Assembly (NCBI GenBank): GCA_010356995.1
Contig: ML996701.1
Span: 1 to 64,000, forward strand
Length of the DNA: 64,000 nt
DNA from: Trichodelitschia bisporula
Taxonomy: Eukaryota
Direction: 5' to 3'
Part shown: positions 22,940-34,407 of the stretch, one piece after another
How positions within the stretch are numbered: position 1 is the first letter of the stretch
How the letters are laid out: each line of letters starts with the position of its first letter
Translations under genes and position numbers: made by a program
Notes under the pieces: generated by a model
Databases searched by the model: none
Told to the model about the DNA's origin: nothing
Seen by the model: only the letters and a program-made list of their open reading frames with translations

Positions 22940-25900
22940 TCACTTCTTCAGCCCCAGAGCCCTCTTGAAGCTAAACCCCTTCTTCCCACCCTTGTCCTCC
23001 TTAGCCTTCGCCGGACGCTCCTTCTCCGTGACGCGGACCGCATCGCGTGCTTCCTTGACCACCTTGCGGCGGGTAGTCTGCTCGCGTTGAACGGCTGGAG
23101 GATCGGTCCGGGGCTTCGGTTCTTCCTTGGGTGCATCGCCATACGCGGCACTCGGCCCATCCTTCCGTCTCTCCCCCTTGTCATCCGCATACACTTCTCG
23201 CTCATCGTGTGGCCGCCTTGTCCGGCTCTCCCGGCGCACCTGCTCTTTCCTCTTGTCATCGTACCCAGGTGGATTATCCGACACCCGACGAGAGTCGCGT
23301 GTCCTTGTCTCATCATTCCTTTTCACATCATCGTACGCTCGCTCCTCTTTGCGTACTTCTCTTTGCTCTCTTCCACTCGCCTTCCGCGGCGCGTATTCCT
23401 CACGCGCAGGTGGCGGAGACGCCTTGCGCGCTGGCCGGGGAATCTCTTTACGTTGGATCGGAGCTGGGGCGGGCGGGTATTTGTCCGCCCAAACGCTGGC
23501 ATCCAGGCCGCTGGGCTCGCACCGGTAGCCGCGCTCCACACCCGCAGACTCATCATAATCGGGGCTATCGAAGCGACTCTTGAACCGCGGTGGAACCGGC
23601 AGCTCGTCATCGTCGTCGTCCGAGAAGCGGCGGCGAGGCTTGGGCATCTCCTTGGCGAACCCGCGATTCTCCGGTGCGGGGCGGCGGACTTCTCTGGCGG
23701 GCGACGCCTCATGCTTCACACTCTTTGACGTCGAGCTGCGGCTGAAGCCGAAGATAGATCGCCTGGTGGGCTCGGGAGCTGGCATGCTGTCGCGCATTGT
23801 GGAGCGCATATGTGGCACTTTCGGGGGCTCCGTAGCATGCACAGGTGATATCCCAGCCGGGGAGCGGCCAGTGGACGAGTCACGCAGGCTCCTGCGCAAA
23901 TTAACGCGAGGACCCTGTGAATCGTGTGTGGGTGAGAGCTCCCGTGGGCGGACTGGATTAGCTGGCTCCGCAGGCTCGAGCTCGACGAAACCGACATGAC
24001 GTGAGATAGTGGCGGGCTTGCCAGCACTGGTGCTGTAGCCCGAGTGTCCGTTCGTCTTCGGAGCGGGCGCAGTGTTTGATGGGAATTTCTGACCCTTTTG
24101 GCGGGGCGCTGGGGCATGTTTTGAAGAGAACAGACCACCGAAGCCGGAACTCGGCGAGCGCTGGGAGCTTGGTGGCTTGATGCCAGTAATGCGTGCGCGG
24201 TTCTCTGTGCCGTAGGATGATGTGCGATTTGCCTGGCTGGGGGGGCTGACGGGTTCCACTGGCGGCGCAGTCGAGTAGGATGGGAGGCGCGACGTTTCTG
24301 GGCGTCCGGATCCCCGCGATGGAGTTAGCTGAACTGTAGTCTCAGCTGAGCCGTACTGCGACTGCGTTCTGACCGGCGGTCTCGCAGGTGTAGTGTAGTC
24401 CGACTCGGCCCGTTTCTCAACCCTCAACGGTCTCGCGTCCCCGGAAGCTTCCTCCAGCGGATGATGGCTCGCAGCAGCAAGAATCGCAGGCACATCCTCT
24501 GGGCGTTCGGGCGCATCGACGAAGACGTCTGCGCTGTCGGACGACCTGCGGCTGTGGGTCGACGCGTTGGACATCAGCTTGGGGCGCATGGCCTCGCTTT
24601 TGCTTCCACTGCGCCGCGGCCGGTCATCGCGCGAGTCAGAAGGCAAGGAACGGTACGACGAGTGGTGAGATCCAACCGGTGAGCGGTCGGGAGACGGCAT
24701 GTTGCTGCTCTTGTGCTGAGGAGCGCTGAGGTGCGTATCAAGGTTCGGTGGAGGTGCAGCAGAACTCGTGGCAGGAGCGTTGTGGCCCGGCGGAATGTCT
24801 TGGACCCTGCTAGAACTCGAACTTCTGCCTGAGGAGCGACGGCGCTCCATGTTGGTGGGCGGCATCTGGGAGTCAACCGAATGTATTGACGAGCGTTTGT
24901 CGGCTTGCTCCTTCTCGTACTCGCTTAATCGGCTGCTTGCGGCGGAGCGCCGTTGGCTCGCTTCCCGGCTCATCTTGTTGGTGTCGAAGGAAATAGGCGG
25001 TCCGGAAGAGACACGTTGGCGCCTGCTTGGTGTACTGTCTTCGGCTTTCGGGGGATCCCAAGGCGCTGACACCGAGCTGATATTGGAGGAACGCTTTCGC
25101 TCATCGTCCCGAGGATATGAGCCGGGAATTGATGTCCTGGATGGAGGGTCATAGGGCGACTGGTGATAGGCAGGGACTGGTGGAGTCACCGGCACCACGA
25201 TGTTAGAATAGCGACGCTGTCTTGCTTCATCAGAGAGTGCAGGTGGAATGGGTGCTGTCCTTTGGGGCGGATCCGCTATGTCGCTGCCTTGATAACCAGT
25301 AGGAATCGGAGGTCTATGCACCGAACGCCTGTACCCCGGTTGATCATTCTCGGGTAGAGGCTGCGCAAAAGATACTCCACCACTCCTCACGCGCCGGTGC
25401 TGAGATTCCCTGGGCGGAGCTGGGGCAGGAAGTGAGGACCGATTGGGACCCCGCCGCTCGTAGACTTCGTTACCTGATGAAGGACCAGAAGGATGCGACA
25501 TCCTACTCTGTGCAGGATAGTGTGATGGTGCGTCGTCGTGCCTGATGGGCTGCGATTCTGGAGCTGCGGAGGTGGCTGAATAGTGAGGCTCATCCTCTGT
25601 GGGTTGGGGAGGAACAACCGGACCGGCAAGCTTAATCAAGCGTGAGATTTTGTCCTCCCGAGCGGGCTTAGACGCGATGGACTGCCTTGGGTGGCGTGCC
25701 AGCGGGCCAGGGGTGTAACCGTGATCAGCCTGGGCGACTCGCGCACGCACCGCCGCTTTTAGCACAGATGCAGGCGTCTCTGCCGTTCCAGCCTCCGTAT
25801 AGTAAGGAGGAGCAACGTCCACGGGTGTAAGGCGCTGCTGTGGGTCTTGCCTACTGCGACGTGCGATTGCTGATGCCGTAATCGTACCAGGTGACGGACC

Positions 25901-28900
25901 GTAATCAGGTCGGGAACGCACAGGTCGTGTCTTCGCCACAGGCACAGACGTTCCTGCTGATTCAGTTGTCCCAGAGTCAGGAGGAGAGACCTCGACAGGC
26001 ATACCTGCCTGCTGGGAGTCGCGCTTATCGCCTCGTGGGGTAGCTGGGGCCGTAGTCGCACTCAAAGGGTGGTGGTCGGCTCCATTCACCGGCCTGGCTT
26101 CATTCACAGGTAAGGAAGCTGGGAGGGCGGACTTAGGAGTTGATGGGCGTTTGTACTCCAGTTGAGTAGCTTCCTGTTTGCGAAGGGATGTCGGCAGAAC
26201 AATTCTCGACTCGCGCTGTTGGTCTGAAGTCCTCGATGGGTGTGTTGCTCCAGCCTCCGCATGCTGTACAGGACGCAATGTCTTGGGAAGTGAAATCTTC
26301 GAATGACGCTGTCGATCAGCCTTCGGGGACTGAGCGAGGGGTAGCTTAGAGCCAGGCGAGGAGTCAGCCTGTGGCTCATTGTCCAGACTGTGGGGAACGG
26401 GAGTAGTGGGCCTTGGAGTCTTCGGACGACTGCTTTCCGGTTCCACGTTCTGGCGCTTCACGAGGCGAGATCTGGCAGGCGAGGTTGGCGGCTCAGACTG
26501 GATGACAATCTCCCTCTTCGGGGACGCAACGGGAAGAGAAGACCTCTTGCTCGGGGAAGTCTTGACCAAGGTCGAACTATCCACAACACGGTTGACGGGA
26601 GTTATAGGTCTTTCGGTCGTCGGGCGCGTATGCACCGTCTCAGCGCTATCAGGTTCCAAAGGTCGTGGAGCAACCGGTATGAAGGTTACTGACTCCAGAC
26701 GCGAATAAAGTTCCTTCGATGTCTGGGGAGCTATGGGTGAAGGCTCCAGCTGAGCAGGAGCCATTGCCGGCGCCTCGTTCTTTGCGGAACTCGGGACAGG
26801 CGTCGCAGGGATTGCGGCCGTTGAGTCTGCGATGTCCACTTTATCGCCACGATGCTCCGCAGACCGTGGAGACACTGGAATCGCACTTTTCAACTGCCGC
26901 GAGACGTAAACCTCTTCCACCGGCTGCACCGCTACAGCTTCAGGCTTCGAACTCAACTCAGGCTTTCCCAGTGCCTTACCGTCCAAAACCTTGGGAACAG
27001 GACTGGAAGGCTCCGGACTCGTGGGTTGCTTGGGCTCCTGAGAGTCATCGGACGCAGCGGGTGGCAATGCAACCCCTGAAGGAAGATCGAAAAGGGATTG
27101 ACGGGACACCTTCGGTGGGGAGGCAGGGAGGACGGGCTTAGGGAAGGGGGGTCGCCCACTTTCGCTATCAATGCGCTCAATGGCTCGCTGGGTCACTAGA
27201 GCTGCGCTGCGAAGCTCCGCCTCCTCGGGTGAAATAGCATTGCTAGGTGCGCGGGTCGATGAACGCTTGGAATCCTGGGTCGCATCATGCTGCGCTGGTC
27301 GTGATGCTGCGCCGGAAGGGTGAAGTTCAACCTCGCTCGGCTGTGAGACGGTCAGGACGGCAGGCTGCGCAGAGGGGGAACTTGAGAGCTCTTGAGCATC
27401 TGAACGTCGGCCAGATGAAGCCGGTATCTCCGTGTTGGCAAAGCGCAGCAACTCCTCCTTCGGTAGCGCGACACCCGCCATGGTAGGCTTAGCCGTCGCC
27501 GGGCGTTTGATCTCTTCCGCATGCCCATGCCCAAAGAGTGGTTGCGCGGTAGGCACCGCCGTAGTGGGCCGTCGCTCATCTTTTGAACCAAACGAGACGG
27601 CAGATTTCGAGAGTGGCGGTGGTTTCTCGTCGTTTTGGGACAGCTTTCTGAACCGTGAGGTGAAAAATCCTTCCTTCTTCGCGGGCTCAGCAATAGGGGG
27701 GGGGCGCCCAGCATCGACCTGGTGTAGATCTGGTGGCTGCGATACCGGACGCGCGGGATCATCAAGAGGCGCAGCCTGCTTCGTCTGGCTGTCGGCAATT
27801 CTCCTGCGAAGGCGAGCGATCACCGAGGAAGACTTGATGCCAAACATAGAGTCCTCGTAGTCCTTTGCAGATTCGGCGGCGGAAGCAGATTGTCCATCGT
27901 CGTCCTTTCTCGGGGCGTCCTCCGACCGCGGCGGAGGACTAAAAGGACCAGATTCGACGGTGGCCGACTTCTCCGTGTGGCTATTTTTCCTGCTTCTAGG
28001 CCGCGGTATGACCGACGGAGATCTCATGCCGAAGAAGGAATGGTCATCCTTGCTGTTTGCGGACTCTGCAACGGACGCAGGCCGCTCCTCGACAGCCTTC
28101 TTTGATCCATCGTTTGGCGGCGGAGGAGCCCAAGGCTGAGAATCAACGCCAGGCGTTGTTCGTTCCGAGTAGCTGTTTTGTCTGCTCCGAATCCTGATGC
28201 CGAAGAAGGAACGGTCATCCTTTTCGTTAGCGGACTCAGTAATGGACGCAGGTCGCCCCTCGACAGCCTTCTTTGGTCCTTCTCTTGACGGGGAAGCAAA
28301 TGGTTGAGAATCACCAGCAGGCGATGATCGTTCCGAGTAGCTGTTCTTCCTGCTCCTCAGCAACGACAGGACGGATCCCGAGCGGCGCTCTTCCTTTCTC
28401 TTCAGTGACTCGGTGATCGAAACAGCGGTAGTGGGTCGCTCGTGCTCTTGTTTCGGAGGCACGAAATCTTCACGCTCGGTTCCTTCCGGCTGCTGTGAAG
28501 ACGGCCAGCGGCTCGGGGGCGTCGGTTCTGTGTCTTCCGCCATCGAATGGGGATGCTCGCTTTTCTTCTCCGGCACGGGGGGTTCTGAAGACTCAGAATT
28601 CTCCTTACTGTGCGGCAACAGGGCCGGAACGCGTCTGATCTCGATCTCAAAGGGAGGAGGCGGCGGATCGCTTGGCTTTGATCCTGCGTTCTTATCATCA
28701 GAATCCGCCAGTCGATCAGCCGGTGGTTTTGGATCCGCGGGATGCTCCTCAACCGGTACACCATCCAGCCTTGGAGGCTCAGCTTTCTTACCAACATCCC
28801 GGTCGCCCATGACATCCGGCAGCACCACCGGTATGTCTTCACTTTCTGGGGACTTGTCATAATCCAGCCCGTTCGTCGGTCTGTCACTCGCCGCATTCTC

Positions 28901-30363
28901 GCCCCTCTTTGACTTCTTGCTCTCGTCGTCTTGACCATCCTTCGATTTCGGCTTGGCGGGCGGCTTGAACGCTGACTCCTGCTTGTGCGGCGTGGGTGGC
29001 CTGTCCCCACTCTTGCGAAGCCGAGTAACCAAATTATCACGCTTCCGCGGCTCGCCCTCAACTGATTCGCTCTTCTTCTTGAGTTTAGGAAAGTTGATTT
29101 TGAAGCGGCGCGCTTGAGGCTCATCGGACTTCAATGGGGCGCCCCCCTCCTCTTCCTCCTTCTCATCTTCCGAGGAGCTGCACCAGTTTTGACCGAAACC
29201 CGTGTATATCGTCGTCATGCCCTCATCAAAGCTCACGCGCGAGCGCCCAGTGGCAGGGCGGTTCGGATCCCGGATTGCCGATTTCATCGGCGATTCGTCC
29301 CGCAATACACCGCGCGAGGCCGGCCGGGGCTTGGTGATAACGTTGGGTCTAGCAAATGGAGAAGTATTGTGCGTGGGTGGAACACTTGCCGAAGGCGGAG
29401 GAGCTGTAGGTGGCGGATGGCTGAAGATTCGTGGAGGAGCACTTCTAGTCCCACCGAGAGCCGCCGCCGCCGCCGCCGCCGCTTGTCCGACAGCTGCTAA
29501 ATGGGCATCTCCACTGGACTGCATCGTGTGGCGCGTCGTCGGCTCCGGTTCTGTCTCCGGATGCGAGTCGCCGAGTGCCACTCCATGCTGAGTCTCTTTC
29601 GTCCGTAGGGACTTTGATGCCGCTCGAGCGACTTGCGCCGGGTGATGAGGGCTCGTGATAGCGCCAGCGACGATAGGCGACGTATGCCGGCCGGGGTTGC
29701 GAATTTCGGGCGACATAGGCCTCGAAAAATTGGGCGGTTGCGGGATCCTCTCATCGGACCGCGGGCTGACACTCTTTTCGTTACGCTGGCCGTCCTCCGC
29801 CTCATGCACGCGGCTCTGTCGCCCGTCAGTGCGCCAGCCATCCTCACGCTTCTCGTCGACCTTGGGCATCCTCACCGCGCCCGTATTCGCCGTCGCAGGT
29901 GTCAACCCTATCGCCGACCGTGGGCGCTCTCCCGTCCAGCCCTGATCCACACTGACAGGCGGAGATGGGTACGCCGCGCGCTCACCGCCGCGCATCAGCG
30001 TATCGTTGCTCCCGGCGTGGAGGTGCTTGAATTCCGGGACGGGCGGGATGGGTAGGGGTGGTACGGGTGGCGGGCGGGTGTCGCGCGGATGACCTGGGGA
30101 CGAGGATCGCAGCGTGCGCGAGGACATGGAGCCAGAGCTTGCGCGGCGACGCACAGTGCTGCCATTCATGTCATGGACGTGCCGTTCTGTCCGCTCCGGC
30201 GGAGGGGTGCGTGCGCGCAGGGCAGCTGTCGCGGCGGAGAGGGCGTCGCGAGAGCCTTTGGGTAGAAGGAAGTGCGACACTTCGGCCGGGGGCTGAGAGG
30301 TTAGCGAGGAAGAGCGAAGAGCGGTCTACCTACATGATGAGATGCGCGGCGCTGATGAAACAT
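22940..30363 (-). CDS. Very large (~2460 aa) low-complexity Pro/Ser/Arg-rich protein, possibly Seg1-like
   Basis: 7.3-kb open frame plus 10-codon exon 1 (MFHQRRASHH) via intron 30293-30333; LSAATAALRA near the N-terminus; basic C-terminus KKGFSFKRALGLKK. Confidence 0.8.
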
Positions 30364-31715
30364 GCTTGACAATGCGCGATGCGTGCTCGGCACGGCGTCC
30401 GCGTGTGCTTGTGAGGTGCGTACAGCTGGCGGCCTGTGTCGGGTGTCACAGGCTGCTTGGGCAGGGCGAGCGAGGCATGGTGAATGAGCCAGTCAGGACA
30501 CGCAGCAACGGTTGGACAGACGATGAGGCGAAGAGCTGCGATGGGCAGCAAGGGATGGACGAGTAGGTGATGGATGAGCTGCGGGAGTTGTTGGGCGGAT
30601 TGGGCTTCGGGAGCGAAAGTTGGCTTTGTGGCGGCCGCGCGATGGGGAGTACCCCGGCCAACGTGGCACACGTCAATGACGTATCACGAAACGGGAATTG
30701 CGATTGCGTTTCTGGAGAAGAAAGTCTATTATCTCGAGCATTCTTCTATGAGGTTCAGGTTGAGCAGTACCTGCAGATAGCGCTAATCGCGTCACTCTGG
30801 CTGATGCATCACTTCAGCTGATCGCGTTACTATCTTTCACCTGGATAAGATCGTTCTTACAGGAACTGCATGCCACTGATACGCGCGGAACCCTGCACAT
30901 TTAATTCCGATCACCATAGTTGGCATGGGATGGGGATACTATACGGATGGCGTAAGTTGATTCGTTCCGCAACGGGTGTAAAGGGCTCTTTTGCTCCTTT
31001 GGATATGCACAGTTCGAACTTATTAGCAGCTTCAGTAGATTCACTGTAGAACCGAAAGCCCCGCTCGCTGCGCCCCGCTATGCTAGATATCTCTGCAAAC
31101 TTACCTCAGAACTTTAAGCCGGAACAAAACTCTCTTAGGGGTGACAGGGTGTTTGGGTGCTACGATCCTCATCTCTGGTCCGCTCAGAATGTAAGGGCCA
31201 GTGACAGATGCGACTCTACATGCGGGAATAGCAATAACCTTAGCAGGAGGACAACTGCAGGACAGGTGTCAGCCAGCAGCCGTGGAATCAGGGAGCTAAT
31301 AGAGTTGCCAGTGGGTGGGACATAAAATCGCATCGTGGCCGTTTGGAAAAGCTGCTGGCGAAGGCTGAAGGTTGAGGGAAAGTAGATGGTCAGATATTCT
31401 CCTTTGAGATCCTACAGTTGCTGTGCAGGATGTGAAGCAAAAATGATGCTTCGTATAGCTGTCGTCGCATTTGGCTCAAGTTCAGGGTCGCTCCTCCGTA
31501 GGCGTACGGGTACCGGACCTCACACTTCTGTCAGTTCTCTAAACAAGCATCGGCTCTAAAAGACCTTAGAAAGTTTGCTGCACAGAACTCGATATTCGTG
31601 ATGCTGTAAGACCTGTTGGCCAGCGTAGAAGAAGCTCTATCATGAACACTTGTGCGGCGTGTATGTCCGTAGATGTTCTAAAGCTCAAAGCTTGAGAGCC
31701 AAGGGCCAAGGGTTA

Positions 31716-31796
31716 AGGGCCGTCCGAAAAAGTCGTGACCGCCCATATCGGCAAAGGCCTTCAGGCAGGGTGGCCACGACCTTTTTGGATAGCCCT
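31716..31796. repeat. Imperfect 29-bp inverted repeat upstream of U3
   Basis: 31716-31744 vs reverse complement of 31768-31796: 23/29 identical, all differences transitions. Confidence 0.7.
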
Positions 31797-31960
31797 CGGG
31801 TCAAGGGCCAAAGCGCTTGAGAACCGGGACTTCACGCCAAGGTGCGGCTCAAGGGACAACCGAGTGGAAAAACATTATCCCGCCTCCTAAGGGCCTGTGC
31901 GCCCGCCGAACCCAGAGGGTATAAAAGCCCCCAAACCTCCCCTCCTCTTCTTCTTCTTCA

Positions 31961-32237
31961 GTCGACTTTACTGTGAGCATTCCTACCCCCAAACAGCGCC
32001 TCTTCCGCATTGCTAACTCCATCGCAGTCATAGAATCATTTCTATAGTAAACGTCCTCTTTCGAGCTCCTAACCAGAGCCTCAACCTACAACCTGGCTGA
32101 TGATCTCTGACCGCGCTGCCCTAGAGTGACACCCTTTGTGCGCCTCGCTTCGGCGGACGTGGAGATGATCTCAACCCAATTCTGGTGTCTGACTTCGGTC
32201 GACTGGTCTTGGTGGGCGGTGTCGGTGGTCTGACAGG
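31961..32237 (+). ncRNA. U3: U3 snoRNA with a spliceosomal intron (31973-32027)
   Basis: Spliced 5' end GTCGACTTTACTTCATAGAATCATTTCTATAG (boxes A'/A); C' TGATGA 32098, B GAGTGA 32124, C GATGA 32164, D CTGA 32230; cctg/cagg terminal stem; TATAAAA at 31920. Confidence 0.92.
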
Positions 32238-32493
32238 CGTTTGATGGATGATGGTTCTTGTGGGGCTTGGAAGGATGGAATACGGAGGATTTGGTTCTTG
32301 TGGTAGAGTCGCTCAGAAATGAATGCTTATGGCATCATCCTTCTCAATTGCTGTCGTGTTTTGTGCTCCGTCTTCGCTTTGAAATCTTCGACTGTGACTC
32401 AACTCAGCCCTAAAAAACTGCGACCCCTGCCCAAAATTTCCTATCTTCAAAGTCCCCTCACCTTTGCCCCACCATATCTCCCCACAACTCGCC

Positions 32494-33362
32494 ATGCCCC
32501 GAACACGCATAACAATTGGTGTCCTCGCACTGCAAGGCGCCTTCACTGAGCACATTGAGCTCTTGCATGCCGCTGCCGCTACCATCCCCGACCATGACTT
32601 CTCCTTCCCAGAGGTGCGCACCCCCGCCGAACTCGCCCGCTGCGACGCCCTCATCCTCCCCGGCGGCGAGAGCACAACCATGAGCCTCGTGGCCCAGCGA
32701 AGCGGACTTCTTGAGCCTTTACGAGACTTTGTCAAGTGCGCACTCACCCTCTCCCCCGCCCTCTCCCATCTTCATGCGTGAACTAAACTAAACCCCCCAG
32801 GGCCGCCCGCAAACCCACCTGGGGCACCTGCGCCGGCCTCATCCTCCTCAGCGAGTCCGCGAACCGAACCAAGGCCGGAGGACAGGATCTCATCGGCGGT
32901 CTGGACGTGCGCGTGTCACGGAACCATTTCGGGCGGCAGGTGGACAGCTTCGAGGCGGGCTTGCATCTCGATTTCATCGCCGACCCGCAGCGGCCGTTTC
33001 GCAGCGTGTTCATCCGTGCGCCGGTTGTAGAGCGTCTGCTGCCACACGTTGAGGGCGTGCAGGCTGAGGAGGCGAGCAAGGAGGATACGGTTGTTGCGCC
33101 GTCTGTGCCGGTGAGGGAGGAGGGTAGAAAGGCGCTGTCGGATCATGTTGAGGTTCTGGCGCGGTTGCCGAGGGAGGCAAGGGCGTTGGGCAAGTCGGCT
33201 ACGGCGGGAGAACTGGGTGAGGCGGGGGATATCATTGCCGTTAGGCAGGGGAACGTGTTCGGCACGAGTTTCCACCCTGAATTGACGGGCGATGCGCGGA
33301 TCCACGCGTGGTGGCTCAAGGGTGTAGTTGAAGCGGTGGAGCAGCGGGATCGGGCCTCGTAG
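32494..33362 (+). CDS. SNO1: Pyridoxal 5'-phosphate synthase glutaminase subunit
   Basis: GVLALQGAF.EH, LILPGGESTTM, WGTCAGLI, RNHFGRQ, FIRAP, SFHPEL; intron 32736-32800. Confidence 0.96.
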
Positions 33363-33476
33363 CAGTATACATTTAGATGGTAGGCCCATAGCTACATATT
33401 CCATAAACAATAGTCTACACAGCTATGATACACCAGCGCCCTAACGCCCCGTACCCAATGACCCGAGTCAACCCAA

Positions 33477-34128
33477 TCAGCGCCCCTTCTCGTCGCCCTC
33501 GGAATAGGCACGTCCAAAGCCGCCACGCCCTGGGTCGTACTCGTCACGGTACTCGTCGCGCACTTGGCCGCCAGACTTGCCGCGTCTGAGCAACAGTTAG
33601 CCGCGTCCTCCCAGCGGAATATCAGAAACTCACCCGTACTGCCGGCCCTCCACGAAGCCCTCGTCGAGATCTGTTCGGATCTGGCGCTCGTCCAACTTGG
33701 TGCCGCCAACGTACTTCATGCAGTCCAATGCATCCTGGTGCGTATAGTACTCTACGAAACAGAAGCCGCACGGCGTCTTCTGGAAGCGGTCAAGGCCCAT
33801 GACCAGCCGCTTGATTTCACCGCACTTGGAGAAGAGCTCGTGGATCTGCTCTTCAGTCGTGTAGAAGGACCTGTGACATCAGCGTTTGAGGCAGGGTTTA
33901 GTGAGTAGGAGGGCATACAGATTCCCTACATAAAGGGTGGTCGCCTCACGTAGCTTGTCATCTAAGTCAGGCGATCGCTGCTCTCGCTCGTCGTTACGAC
34001 CGCGCTTGCGCTTGCGGTTCTGTCATTGTTAGCTCGGTCATTGTGACGGTTCAGAAGCGTACCTTGCTTGCATAGGAGCTGGGCTTGTCGAGCCGATCTA
34101 CAGTACTGCGGGTGCGAAGTGGCGGCAT
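33477..34128 (-). CDS. CBC2: Nuclear cap-binding protein subunit 2 (Cbp20)
   Basis: [49 protein letters not shown]; three short introns. Confidence 0.96.
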
Positions 34129-34407
34129 GGCTGTGGATGTCGTGATGGGCGCAGCTTCAACGATGTTGAAGCTCAAGTCGCGCTGCAGCTCGCCGCACAG
34201 CGTAATCACGTGTTAGCGTGGCTGGTGCGGCTCTGGATCCGGATCAATAATTATCCATAACGCGCCGGCCCAGAACGCGGGAGGCTGAAGTGGCTGGCGA
34301 GCATGGACATACAAACGGTGAAAAGGCAAAGCGACTCCAACTTCCAGCTCTCACCACCTCCCACCTGTCAGTCTCCCACGAAATCCTGCATCCCGAGCGT
34401 ATTCGCT

